DNA of 64,000 nt from Vitrella brassicaformis CCMP3155. Its lineage: Eukaryota; Protista; Chromerida. The stretch spans positions 1 to 64,000 of the forward strand of contig CDMY01000309.1 of the NCBI GenBank assembly GCA_001179505.1, in the 5' to 3' direction. The notes beneath the pieces were generated by a model that searched no databases, had not been told where the DNA came from, and was given only the letters and a program-made list of their open reading frames with translations. Shown one piece after another: positions 37,900 to 50,425 of the stretch. Numbering within the stretch: position 1 is the first letter of the stretch; every line of letters begins with the position of its first letter. Both the position numbers and the translations under genes were made by a program.

Positions 37900-39357
37900 A
37901 TGATGTCCTCCCCATCCCACTCAGCGGCCACCGACGGCCTTCACGAGTATGACGAGCTCCTTGCCCGCATTCTCAGAGCGGAGCAGCGACCTCCCGCTGC
38001 GTCGACCACCACCTGCACCCCGACAGAATGGCCCACGCAGGTCGTCAAGCGGTCCAAGGAGCTAGAGGGCTTCGACTTGCGCAAGATCCTGCGTCGTGTG
38101 GAGCGTGTGCTGCCCGGCCTGAAGAGCGACGTGGCGCGGATCGCCATGGGGGGAACGGGCAGGCGGAACGGCCTCGGCGCGCGGCGGGAGGAGGAGAGGG
38201 ACGAGCTGCTCGTCACACTGGGCGCCAAGATCGTCAAAGGGCTCACAGAGAATGTACATCACCTGACGACGGGAAGCACATGGCGTGATGCGGGCGTGTG
38301 TGTGTGTGTGTGTGTGTGTGTGTCAGATATCGACGCAGAGCATTGACGAGTTCATAGTTGAGACGATAGCGTTCCACCAGGCTGACCACCCCGACTTCGC
38401 GAGGCTGGCCGGACGTCTGTGCGCGACGCAGCTGTGGAAAGGCACCTGCGACACCTTCAGCGCAGCCATGGAGGCCCTCTACACATACGTCGACGACCAC
38501 GGCCGGGACTGCAGCCTCATTGCCGAGGTACCTACCCTACTGGCCTGCCTCCACACACACATAGACAGACACTCACACAGGTCGCTGGGCTGGCACCACC
38601 TGTCTGTCTGTCGGCATGGCATGTATGTGATGTGGCTGTTGGTGTGGTGTACAGGACACCTATCGGTTTGTCAGGGAACACAAGGATGAGCTGGACAAGG
38701 CCATCAGGAACGAACGAGACCTTGACTTCGACTACTTCGGGTAAGTAACTAAGTGTCGAGTCGACAACAGCACACCACCGCACCACGCTCCCTCTTGTCG
38801 CACCGCACTCTCTGTTGTGTGTGTATGTGTGTGTGTGTGTGTGTCTTCAGGTTTTGCACGCTGAAGAAGTCGTATCTGCTGCGCATCAAAGGACGGCAGG
38901 CGGAGCGACCGCAATACCTGTTCATGGTGGGTGCGGTGCGGCAGTCTTGGACCGGCTGAACTCGGGAGTCTGGATTGGTGTGGTGTGGTGTGTGATATTG
39001 TGTGGTGTGTGTTGTGTGTTCAGCGCGTTGCGTGCGGCATCTTCGCCCCCGACATGGCCAAGGTCATCAAGACATACGACCTGCTCAGCAGGAAGGACTA
39101 CATACACGCCACACCCACACTCTTCTACGCAGGTACGGTACGCAGCAGCCGGCCCGCTGACACACACCAACATGCAGCTAGCATTACTGAGGTGAGGTGC
39201 GGTGTGGTGGTGTGGTGTGATTTAGGCACCAAGAAGGCCCAGATGGCGAGTTGCTACCTCATGCAGATCGCAGCCGACAGCATCCCCGGCATATTCGAAA
39301 CCGTCACACGAGCTGCCAACATCTCGGCCGGAGGCGGAGGTCAGGCAGACCAGCACA

Positions 39358-39392
<35 letters not shown>

Positions 39393-42300
39393 GACGAAGA
39401 CACATCCATCCATCCATCTCTGTTTGCGTGTGTGAATCCCCCGCCCCCCAACCGACCCCCCCAGGCATAGGTGTTGCAGTGCACGTCGTGCGTGCGGAGG
39501 GAGCGTACATCCGGAGCAGCAACGGCCGGTCCAACGGCATCGTGCCCATGCTGCGGGTCTTCAACGCCACATCGCGATACGTGGACCAGGGCGGCGGCAA
39601 GCGCAAGGGCGCATTCGCCATCTACATCGAGCCATGGCACGCTGACATTCTCGCATTCCTCGTACACACACACACACACACATACATACGGACGGCAAGC
39701 ACATCACATCGATGGAGGGAGCCCGATGTGACGCTCTCTCTCTCTCTGTGTGTCTGTGTCTGCGTGTAGGACATCCGCAAGAACCACGGCAAGGAGGAGC
39801 ACCGTGCCCGCGACCTCTTTTGCGGCCTGTGGGTGCCCGACCTGTTCATGCGGCGCGTCGAGAGGGACGAGGAGTGGACACTCATGTGCCCCGACACATG
39901 CAGAGGCCTCAACACCAAATACGGTCAGTCAGCCAGCCCACACAGGCCCGTGACATCCATCCATCCATCCATCCCCCCCTCCTTGGTGCGGTGCGTGTGT
40001 GCATCTCACTTACAGGTCGAGCATTCGACGAGCTCTACGAGCGGTATGAGCGCGAGGGCATGGGTCGGAGGACGCTGCGGGCCCGCGACCTCTGGCGGCA
40101 CATAGTGCACGTGCAGATCGAGACGGGCACGCCTTATATGCTCTACAAAGACGCATGCAACTTCAAGAGCAACCAGAAACACCTCGGTGAGTGAGCCCAG
40201 CCCTTAGCAGAGAGGGAGGGACACACACACACATATATATCATACCATCAGGCGAGGCGAGTGATGCATACCGTACCGTCTGTGTGCGTGTGCGTTTGTG
40301 TGTGTGTTTGGTGATGGGATGGTCCTGCAGGCACCATCCAGTCGAGCAACCTGTGCACAGAGATCCTCGAGTACACGGCGCCCGACGAGGTGGCCGTGTG
40401 CAACCTGGCGTCCATATCCCTCCCCCAGTTCATCAAGGAGACACACGCCACCGAGCAGCCACCGCCCCCAGCCGGCAAGCACACAAATACACTGCAGACA
40501 GACACACGACACGACACCTAACGTGTGCATCACTCTGTGTGGACGAATGGGCCGTCTTGTCTTGCGTGCCTGCCTGCCGCTGTCTTGATCTGTCCATCCA
40601 TCAGAAGTGTGTTTGGTGGATGAGGTGGTGGACGAGGACATGAACGAGTCGCCCAGCTACTACAGGCGGTGCCGATCGCCACTCATACCCACCGTCCAGG
40701 ACGACGGGAGGGCGGCCCACCCGGCCCTCTCACCCACCTCTCCCAGCAAGCGCACACACGACAGTCGCTTGGCGGGCGGCGGCCTCGGGCAGTTCGGTGA
40801 AGCTGGACTTGCTGAGAGTGGACCAAAGGTAGGTGCCGAGAGTGATATGGGCGTCTGTCTGTGCGTCAGGCGTCCTCCATGAGTGTGTCGTGTGTCGTGT
40901 CTGCAGAGGCTGAAGAGTGGCGGCGATGACGCTGCGGGGTCGTCTGTGTGCGAGGGTCCGATGCTGCATCGCTCCAGCCACGAGCCTCCGCCCATCACCA
41001 AGAGCGGCCAGGCCGTGTTGGACAAATTCGACTTCACTCGGCTGAGAGGTGACCACTCCACACACACACGCGCGCACATGGATCATCCCTCCCTGTCTCC
41101 CTGTCTGTCATCCTCACACAGATGTTGTGTGCCACATGGTTCGCGCCTTGAACCAAGTGATCGACCGCAACGCCTACCCCATTGCCGAGGCCGAGAAGTC
41201 CAACCTGCGGCACCGGCCGATCGGCATCGGCGTGCAGGGCCTGGCCGACGTCATGGCCATGCTGGGACTCGACTACGAGGGCGAGGAGGCGCGCCTCCTC
41301 AACTTTAAAATCTTCGAACACATTCACTATGCTGGTCAGTCAGTGGGCCGCGTGGGTGATGATATGATGGACGGGACGGTGAAGGGCCATGGCTGCATTT
41401 CATTTGTGTGGTGTGGTGTGGTGTGGTGTGGTGTCGTGTGTGGTGTCAGCATTGAGTGCGTCGTGTGATCTGGCTGCACGCGACGGTCCCTACGAGACCT
41501 TCAAGGGCAGCCCCGCCAGTGAGGTAGGTAACACACACACACACATACACACATACACACATACACAATACACAATACACACCAGCAACGAGCAGCAACA
41601 GACCACTCCACTACCCTTCTCCCTTGGTTTCCAACAGGGCAAGCTGCAGATGGACCTGTGGGCCGAGTATGCAGCGGACTTCGCCCAGCGCAACCCCCTG
41701 CCCCCCTCTCCCGTGCCCTCCCCACACGCCCCCCTGATGGGCCCCCCCTTCCCCTTCGACCCCCACCTCGACTGGGCAGGGCTGCGTCGTCGGATCGTGA
41801 AGAAGGGGCTGCGGAACTCCCTGCTGACGGCCCCCATGCCCACTGCGTCCACTGCGCAGATACTGGGCAACAATGAAAGTGAGAGAGACCGTCGTGCGAC
41901 AGTCACACAACACAGAGGGAGGGAGGGAGGGAGGGATGCCGATCAACGGGCCTGTCCGTGGCTGTACGACTATCTATGTGTGTGTGTGTGTGTGTGGTCA
42001 GGTTTCGAGCCGTTTACGTCGAATTTGTACCGTCGGTCGGTGCTGGCAGGAGAGTTTGTTATAATCAACCCTCACCTCGTCAGACATCTCATTCAAAAGG
42101 TGCCTGCGCACACGTGGCGTGGCAGGGACAAGAACGATATCCGACAGAAAGCTCGGACCGTCTTGTTGTGTGCATTTGTGTGTAGGGCGAGTGGCCGTTG
42201 GCTACGGAGGACCGCGACATGCTGATAGCCCGCGGCGGGTCGGTGTCGAGCCTGTCGCTGCCTGGCGACACGCACAACGTCTACAAGACCGTGTGGGAAA

Positions 42301-43029
42301 TGAGCCAACGCACACTCATCAACATGGCCGCAGGTCAGGTCAACGGGGGGAGGCAGGCATTCCATTCTTGCCCTGCCCACACATAGCATACACGCAAGCA
42401 GGCAGAGAGAGAGAGAGAGAGAGACATTGAAGCGGATTGTGTGTGTTGAGTGTGTATCAGATCGGGGTTGGTTTGTGGATCAGAGTCAGTCGATGAATCT
42501 GTTCCTCAAGACCCCCTCCTACGCCCAGGTCACATCAATGCACTTCTACGCCTGGCGGAAGCAACTCAAGACAGGTGGGCACGGTGGGCAGGGCAAGCGT
42601 GGACACCCCGTCCACCACATGCATCCCAACCGCCATGCCATCCATGTGTGTCTCCTCTCCATGGGTGCGTGGCCTGCTGCAGGTATGTACTACCTGCGGT
42701 CTCAGCCCTCCCGCACTGCCCAGAAGGTAACGGTGCCGCCGCAGATCACACGCCACGTGTCCAACGAGGAGTCGGCAAAGTTCCACGCCCAGCCCAAACA
42801 CCTCACCCTCACACACCCCTCGCCAGGCAGGCCGCCCATCCCCTCGGCTCACTCCGACAGCCACCTGCCGCTCATGAGTGGCATGATGAACGGCACCCAC
42901 GGCCATGAGCAGGGGCAAGACGGGTCCGGGTCGAGCAGCAGTGGGAGTGTCGGTGCGGCGTGCTACAGGCGGCGGCAGCGTGCGAGCGAGTCGGACAACA
43001 CCCCCAGCTGTGACATGTGTGGCGCATGA
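37900..43029 (+). CDS. RRM1: Ribonucleoside-diphosphate reductase class Ia large subunit
   Basis: ATP-cone VVKR...[84 protein letters not shown]|MYYLR and C-terminal CDMC. Confidence 0.96.
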
Positions 43030-44436
43030 GTGTGTGTGTCTGGCGTCCATAAGGCGTGTGTGTCAGTGAGAGCTCGTGTGTGTGTGTGTGTGGTTTGAGC
43101 GAGTGAGTGACTTTAGATGGAGTGGCATACCATATGGCATACGGACGTCGAGAGCATTGCGTTGCGTGTAGGACATTATGCAATGACTGTGTCTTTGTGT
43201 ATACGGGCGAGAGGAGAGCATATTTGTTCATCTCATCGTCTATATATCGGAGGGGAAGAGAGCCGGCTGTTGTCGGATGGTATGGTTGCGTGTCAGCCGA
43301 TCGGCTCCAATGGAGCAGTGGCATGGCAACGATGGATGGATGGATGCCCTTAATTGCTGGGATTGCATGTGATATTTATTGATTTGGCTGTCATGGTAGA
43401 CACACAAGTGTGCTCTCCTCTCTCCTTCAGTGTACACCTTTCTCTGCACGAGTGCATGGCCATGGCCGGTGAGACTTCTCGAGCCCTTCCCTGAGGAGCG
43501 ATCCTTTCTTACACAACAGATGTTCCTCCCTCTTGCTGCATGGCGGTTACGAGCATTCCGTTTCAAATAAGCCACGGAGGGGTAGAGAGGTGTCCGTCCC
43601 GTCCCACGCACACACAGTCTGATCATCATCCGATCAGCGGCCACGCACTCGCGTGCGCATCGCATCCACCATGAACACACACGAACATTAAAGACCGACG
43701 GCCTCACACACACAGACACCGACCCACCCACACACCCTCCCACCCACGCGCACACAACTAGAACACATATATAAATAAAGTATGAGGCCTCTCACACACA
43801 GACAGACAGACAGAGACACCCGGCCGCAGACACGACAACCAGACTAAAAGGACCACACGACACCACACCGCACGACGACACTTCACTGCATGGCTCCTTG
43901 CCACCGACTCACATGCAACCAATCATCACTCGCTAAGGCAGGCAGGCAGGCAGACCGGCACTCAGCCCGCCTGCACCTGTCGGTAGCATTTCGACAAGTA
44001 CAGGCCGGCTGGCTGGCCGCCCCGCCTGGCAAAACCTTTCTGTCCGACTCATCATCTTTTCTCGCATATCAGGCACAATCAGGGCCGGCACCAGCTTTCG
44101 CAAAAAAAGTGCCACGTGGCTTGACAGACAGACACTCAGACAGACAGACAGACAGACGGACACACCTACATGGAATTAAAGCTGCACCTACGCGGACTGA
44201 CTCGCATGAACCGCATACATCTCTCCCGATCGATCTCTTTCGCACACAAACACCAACCAACGCGGACACCCACCATCTTGAAAAAGTAAGTGTCCCGATT
44301 GGATGATATGAATGAAGAGGTAGACAGACAGTGACAGTACCCACCAGACAGACAGGCAGACAGGCAGACAGACAAAGACTGGAAGGAGGCGAAACCAGAG
44401 ACACGCGAGACAGATGAGAGGCAAAGAGAGAGAGGT

Positions 44437-46971
44437 CTAGGCCAAGACCAACCAGCCGAGAACCAGCAGCGCCAGCCCGCCCCACACTCTGCCCCCCAGC
44501 CCGACACTCCCAGACACGGTCTCCCCCTCACCGTCATCACCATCGCCACCGTCATCCACGAGCGGCGCCTCCGCCCGTGCCACAGCGAATGTGTACTGCC
44601 TCTCCTTGTGCCTGAGCGTCTCCCGCTTCTCGCCCAGCTGCACACCGGCATATCTGCCGAGCATCATGATAGTGGCCATGGGGTTGACGCGCGTCACGGC
44701 GGGGATGACCGATGCGTCCACCACGTGCACGTTGGACGTGCCGGTGAGGAGGAAGTCGTCTCCCTCGATGAGGGTGCCCATCGAGACCGTCCCGCAGTAA
44801 TGCCATATTGAGATGTACAGCGGGTCGGCCACCGACAGGAAGATTTCTTCGAGGGTCTCGGGCGAGTCGTCGGTGTCCAGCATGGAGGCGTTGATGCCGC
44901 GGGGGAACAGCTGCAGATCCGCATCGGCCGGTGCGTACTTGGACGGGGGGAAGATCAGCCCCTGGGGAGGTTTCAAAGATCGAGAGCACACCATCCATGA
45001 GGCACATGGCTGCCAAGTGGGCTGGGTGGTGTGGTGTGCGTACCATGGCGGATGAGATGAGTCCCGAGGTGAGGAGGTCTGAGGCGAAGCATGACTCCTC
45101 CCCGTTGGCAGTGATGTTGCGCATGTCATCAGACACCAAGAGCTTGACGATCTCTGCAGGAACCGAACCACGTACACACCATATGCTTAGTACTCCAGTC
45201 ATCACGTGAATTGAATGGCTGTCTATGTACCTACCTTTGATTGAGAGCGCGGCGGCCTGTCTGTCCATCGGGTGGTCGAAGTACTTGGGGTCCACCACCA
45301 CCGACCCATTCGCAGCCAGCGACACACTCCCGCGGGACAGCGGGTCCGTCACCCACGACAGCAACGAGCCCCCCTGACGCGTGCAGTCGGCCATTTCGGC
45401 CTGCTGGTCATTACATATGGGCGGCGCCTCCGCCTCAGCTGCGTCGGTGTCGGGGTCGACTTCCTCCTCCTTGAGTGCGATGTCGAAGTCGTGTGCGCAC
45501 TCCCAGAAGCCCTTGAGCAAGCTGAAGGCGGAGCGAGTGACCTTGCCCTGAGCCGCACCCTTGGCGGCCGTCAAGGCCATGCCCGTCGTTATGCCGTAAC
45601 CCTGAGACAGCTCATCCTGTGCAACACACAGACAGGGAAAAGACGAAAAGGAGGGAGATCATGGTGAAAACATTCTCTGTCTGTCTGTCTGTCTGTCTGT
45701 GTGCTTACGATGAGTATGAAGTGGCACTCTTCGTTGGGCGAGGGGTTCTCGGCGTCGCATTTCGGCCCGGCGTAGCGAGTGGCCATGATAGACTGAATCG
45801 TCACGGGACCAGGGGCCTTCAGACCCACACCGATGGGCGTCTGCACCAACCACACACACACACACACACACACACATGGACAATTCACACATGCGACGGA
45901 GAGAGCGTGTCTTGGTAGGTGGCGTACCTGAGGGTGGTCGTGCAGGTCTTTGCCGACGTTGGGCATGTCCTTGACCACATCGATGCCGGCCGCCTCGAGC
46001 ATCTCCTTGGGGCCCAGCCCTGACCGCATGAGGATCGCCGGCGTGTGGATGGCACCCGCAGACAGGATGATGCGCCCGCCATCCCTGACGCACACGCGAC
46101 GCCTCGACCGCTCAGTGCCCTCGGTGTCGCTCAGCTTGTCGTACACCACACACGTGGCTGTCAGCTTGGCGCCGTCGGCCGACTCCTCGTCGAACTCGAG
46201 ATGCTGCACCTCTGAGAGCACCTGAAGGGTGACGTTTGACCCCTCGAGCAGCTCGTCAGCGGCGTGACGTTTGTCAGTCTCGGCGTCGAAGATGGAGTAG
46301 GTGCGCCATACCATGGCGTTGTCATAGCCCACTTGGGGTGTGCCCTCGTCGCCGGCCCACTCGTAGCCTTCGGCCTCGAGGGATGCGCGGAGGGCGGTGT
46401 TCCACTGGCCGTCCTGCGAGGATGGCTTGACGACGCCCGAGCCGAGCAGCCAGGCGAAGCTCTCGTCGATGAGGGTGCGGTTGAGCGTGACGCCGTAGTT
46501 CCTCTCTAGGTCGTCGAAGTAGCCGGTGCCCTCCTCGATGTACACGCCGGCATTGACGGCCGTGCCGCCCCCCGTGACCCGCCCGATGTGACCGACAACG
46601 CCCTGGACGGTCTCGAACTGCTCAGATATGACGGGGTTGAGCATCGCCGTCTGCCCGCCCCTCTTGGTTAAGGCTTCTGGGAACTTCTGACGGTCATCAC
46701 CGCGCTCCAGCAGCAGCACCTCCTCGCCGTAATCGGCCAGAGTGCGGGCCAGGGGACAGCCGGCAGCACCCGCGCCCACAACGATCGTGTCATACACCTT
46801 CTCGTCAGTCTCGAGCGACGATGACACACCTGAAGCCCCCATGCCATGCAGCCAGAGGGTGCTCCCAACAGCAGCGCTCTGTGTGCGCAGCATACCATTG
46901 GTTGTGTTCTGTGCAGAGGAGGGTGAGAGGATCAAACTCAGCAGCAAAATAGAGACGGCTGCTCGCATCAT
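44437..46971 (-). CDS. GMC oxidoreductase (HOTHEAD/mandelonitrile-lyase-like), secreted and probably GPI-anchored
   Basis: Signal peptide, IVVGAGAAGCPLARTL FAD motif, GRVTGGGTAVNAG, ILSAGAIHTPAILMRSGLG, VGKDLHDHP, IWHYCG, VHVVDAS and RVNPMAT, plus a hydrophobic C-terminus. Confidence 0.9.
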
Positions 46972-47414
46972 CCTGTTGGCTGGGGGGAGTGGCTGGTAGG
47001 AGTCGCTGGAAAGAGGCTGTTGCGATGGGAAGGAGGGGAAGACGCGATGCTGCAGGGTGCGATTGCGATTGAGTGTGGCTGAGTCAGCGTGTGAGTGAAG
47101 GATGATCGCTGAGGGCCGGATCCGAGAGGGGCGGATCCGAGAGGAGAGGTGAGATGGGTCCACGGGCGGTGCGATGAGAGATCTATGTCTACACCTGCTT
47201 CAGGAAACCTCACCGACCACAGAAGGCCCAGATCTGCAGCCACGGTGCTCTTGGGGGGATCCGCGGGTGCGAGCTTGGATATGACGAGCAGCAACGAATT
47301 CGAGCAGTGAGGTATGGCGCATCACACCACTCACCGACGAACGAAATACAGCCGTACACATTGAATGCATTTGTTGTAATTCATGTCTGTGGTGTGCAGC
47401 CATTGGTGTTGGCG

Positions 47415-49738
47415 ATGAGTGAGTCGGCATCGAAGCGACAGAGGCGGGCGGCAGACGGAGAGGAGGATGACTCGGAGAACGGACACCAGGAGGCCGAGAT
47501 GGACACCGACAGCCAACAGCAGCACAGCAGCAGGAGGAGGAGGAGGAGGAGGAGGAGGTCACACACAGCATAGATCTGGAGGCCTTTGCACAGCGATTCA
47601 GCCAAATCGTAAGCTGAGATGCACCAAACGAACCACTGGCAGACACACACATCCTCATTTTCTGCCCTCTCTCTGTGTCTGTGTGGTGTGTGTTGTCCGC
47701 TCAGCCCGTTGTCGTTGCCTATGTCTTTTCGTTCGTGTCGCTTCATTTGGTGGCGGCGCTGCCCCAGCGGCTGTGGCGCCACGTCGGCTGCCAGATCACC
47801 CAGCTGGTCACGGACACCCACGACACGGCCGAGCGGCGCTTCTGGTGCGGCCTCTCATTCAGTGACGCCTTCGAGTGGGGCCGGCGGCTCACACGGCTCA
47901 AGTCCATTGTCGTCAAGTACCCACCAAGTCTCGTCGTTCGACATCATCACGGCTTTTCTTGTGACTACCACTCTCTGTCGCTGCTGATCAGCAACAAGAT
48001 CGTCACGGCATTGGTGGAGGGCCACAGTGAGGGCCGGAGAGCCGCAGCGGCCACAGCAACCGGGCGGCAGGCGCCAACCACCTTGGAGTCCATCGACATA
48101 AGTGAGGGCGGATCGGACATCATCGTCGAGGAGGCCGAGGGCCGCGATATCCGAGCTGCGACGGAGCCGTCGGTGGCTCTTCCCCCGCCCCTCGACCCGC
48201 CCCCCACCCTCACATCCCTCAGATCCATTATCATCCCGGGACATGAGCTATCCATGACCGGCATCATCCCGGAAGATGAGCTCTCCTGCCCCGGCCGCGG
48301 GCGGCACTGGCAGCTGCCGTCACTCGAGACAGTCCAGGTGCGAGAGAGTGCGTATGACGGTGAGGTGTTGGGGGAGCTGGTGGCCACGTCGCGGCGCCTC
48401 AAGGAGCTGCACGTGGAATGCCACCCTGACGTCATGGCGGGCTCGCTGAGGCGCATCCCTGTTGCAGCAGCTGCGGGCCAGCCGGGGCTGCTGTCGCGGC
48501 TCGAGGACATCGGGACCCTCAGCGTGAGAACTGGCGCTGCGGATCTGGAGGGCCTTCAGGTGTGCGGCGAACCACACAATAAACTCGATCAGAGAGGGAG
48601 GGCGAGAGCTTCCTTGTGAGTTGCGTGTGTCTGTGTGTAGGAGATTCTCGTCGACCGTGGCTGCCGCTCCATCAAGAAACTCAGCATCAGGCTCGAGGAC
48701 TACGACATCGACAGCAGCATCTTCGCTCCCCTCTCGGCCATCGAGACCTTCGCCAGTGCCGTATGTGTGAGCCCTGACATCGTCGACACCAGTGTCTTCG
48801 GCACGAGTGACAATGAGGACCCTGTCGACTGCTTCGACCTTGGCCTCCTCTGTGAGGTCCCCACCAACCCCGCCCCCTCATTCTTCGTGCAGAGACACAT
48901 ACAGCAGCTGGCCGCCGCATCAGAGAGAGCCCTCTTCACCATCCTTCCCGACCACCTCACCACCCCTCTCGACACACCCAGCCCCGCTGCCATCGCCCTC
49001 GCCGAGTGCCTGACCTTCCCCAAGGCGACGGCCGTGACGGTGAGGGGCCATGGCGGCTTTGCGGCCAACGCCGAGGAGGTCGACCCACTCGTGTTCGACA
49101 GCATGCCCGACAGCGCATTCCCCGCCGCATCGTCGCTGTACGTCCACAGCGGCAAGGGGCTCGCAATTGGCCGCAGGCTGGTGAGCAAGATGCCGGTGGT
49201 CAAACGCATTGACCTCCGGGTCCCGACAGAGGAGGATGCAGTGGGGGTGCTGCAGGCGGTGGGTGCAGGCAAGTCGTTGGAGTGTTTCAACCCCGGGTGG
49301 GTTGATGTAAGTGAGGGGGGGCTGACGTGGGTGGACATGGCCGACCACCTGCCGACCATCAAACGGCTGGATGTCCGTGTGGAGGGTGAGCTGCAAACAA
49401 CCGCCTCCATTCAGATGGCAGCTAATTGTGTCCTGGATGTGCCCGTCTGTCTGTCTGTCCGTCTGTCTGTCTGTGTCACTGCAGTGCCTCATGATCTGGG
49501 TGTTGGCGATGCCGCTGGCGAGTTTGGCATTGCGTGTGTCAAGTCGCTGCTCAAGATCCGAGGCATCAAGGAGCTCAAGTTCGCGCTGTGGCCGCATCAT
49601 GGAGGTCAGAGCTTCAAGCGGCTGGTGGATGAGCGGACGAATGGCGACACCGTTGAGGGGCTGGAGGGGCGGTTCGACATCGAGTGGGGCTGGCCATATT
49701 CCCGACAGCAACTCATTCTCAAACCACTCGACACCTGA
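47415..49738 (+). CDS. F-box/LRR-like family, copy 4 (counterpart of copy 2)
   Basis: MSESASKRQRR at 47415 to RQQLILKPLDT* at 49738, with the same exon structure as the other copies. Confidence 0.8.
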
Positions 49739-50425
49739 CGAAAGACGACAGGTGAGGTTCAGCTATCATGTGTCGGCGCGCTTCTCCACTGCGGGTGATG
49801 TGTGTTGGGCTGCATTGTTGTCCGTCAGGTCGGCCGGCCCATGTTAGCTGTAGAATGGTGCAGAGAAATAGATGTTGGGAGGCTGAGTGCCACGATGGCG
49901 GGATGCTCTCATGGGTGGCCGCTGTGGGGTGGACTAATTAAGCTGCATCGCTCGTGGATGGATGCCTGTGCTGGAGTTGTCCAGATGTGCATATGAGAAA
50001 CGAAAGCTGAGCAATGTCTTCCTCTTTGTGAGAACGATCATGCCACTAGCTGCGTCGGTCTGTCGGTCTGTCTGTCTGATGTTGCAGATGGATCATTCGT
50101 TAAGCACATAAGTACATGCATTTAACGAGGAGACACACCCTGAGCGAACTCTCAGACACATTTTGTCGTTCGCAGGTCAGGGTTTCGAACTGCAGGGTTC
50201 AAACCCAGATCTGCAGGGTTCAAACCACCGGTGGGTCGGGCACAGAGGCGGGCTGCGGATGGCTCCAAGGACAATGCACACGGGGAGTCCGTGCCAATTT
50301 GGTCCGTGCAGTGCGCACCGAACACAACACGTCCACCAGGGATCATTCACTTGAACGCATGGATCATTCTGTGCAGCCATGGATTCGTCTGGTCGGTAGC
50401 TAGTTGACCGTGTTGGTGTTGAGCG

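Noticed and set aside
18784-43029. Argonaute + RAD54 + RNR as an operon-like defence or DNA-repair system
   Set aside because: These are intron-rich eukaryotic genes with separate promoters, interleaved with unrelated genes (DUF1295, fucosidase). There is no evidence of functional clustering.
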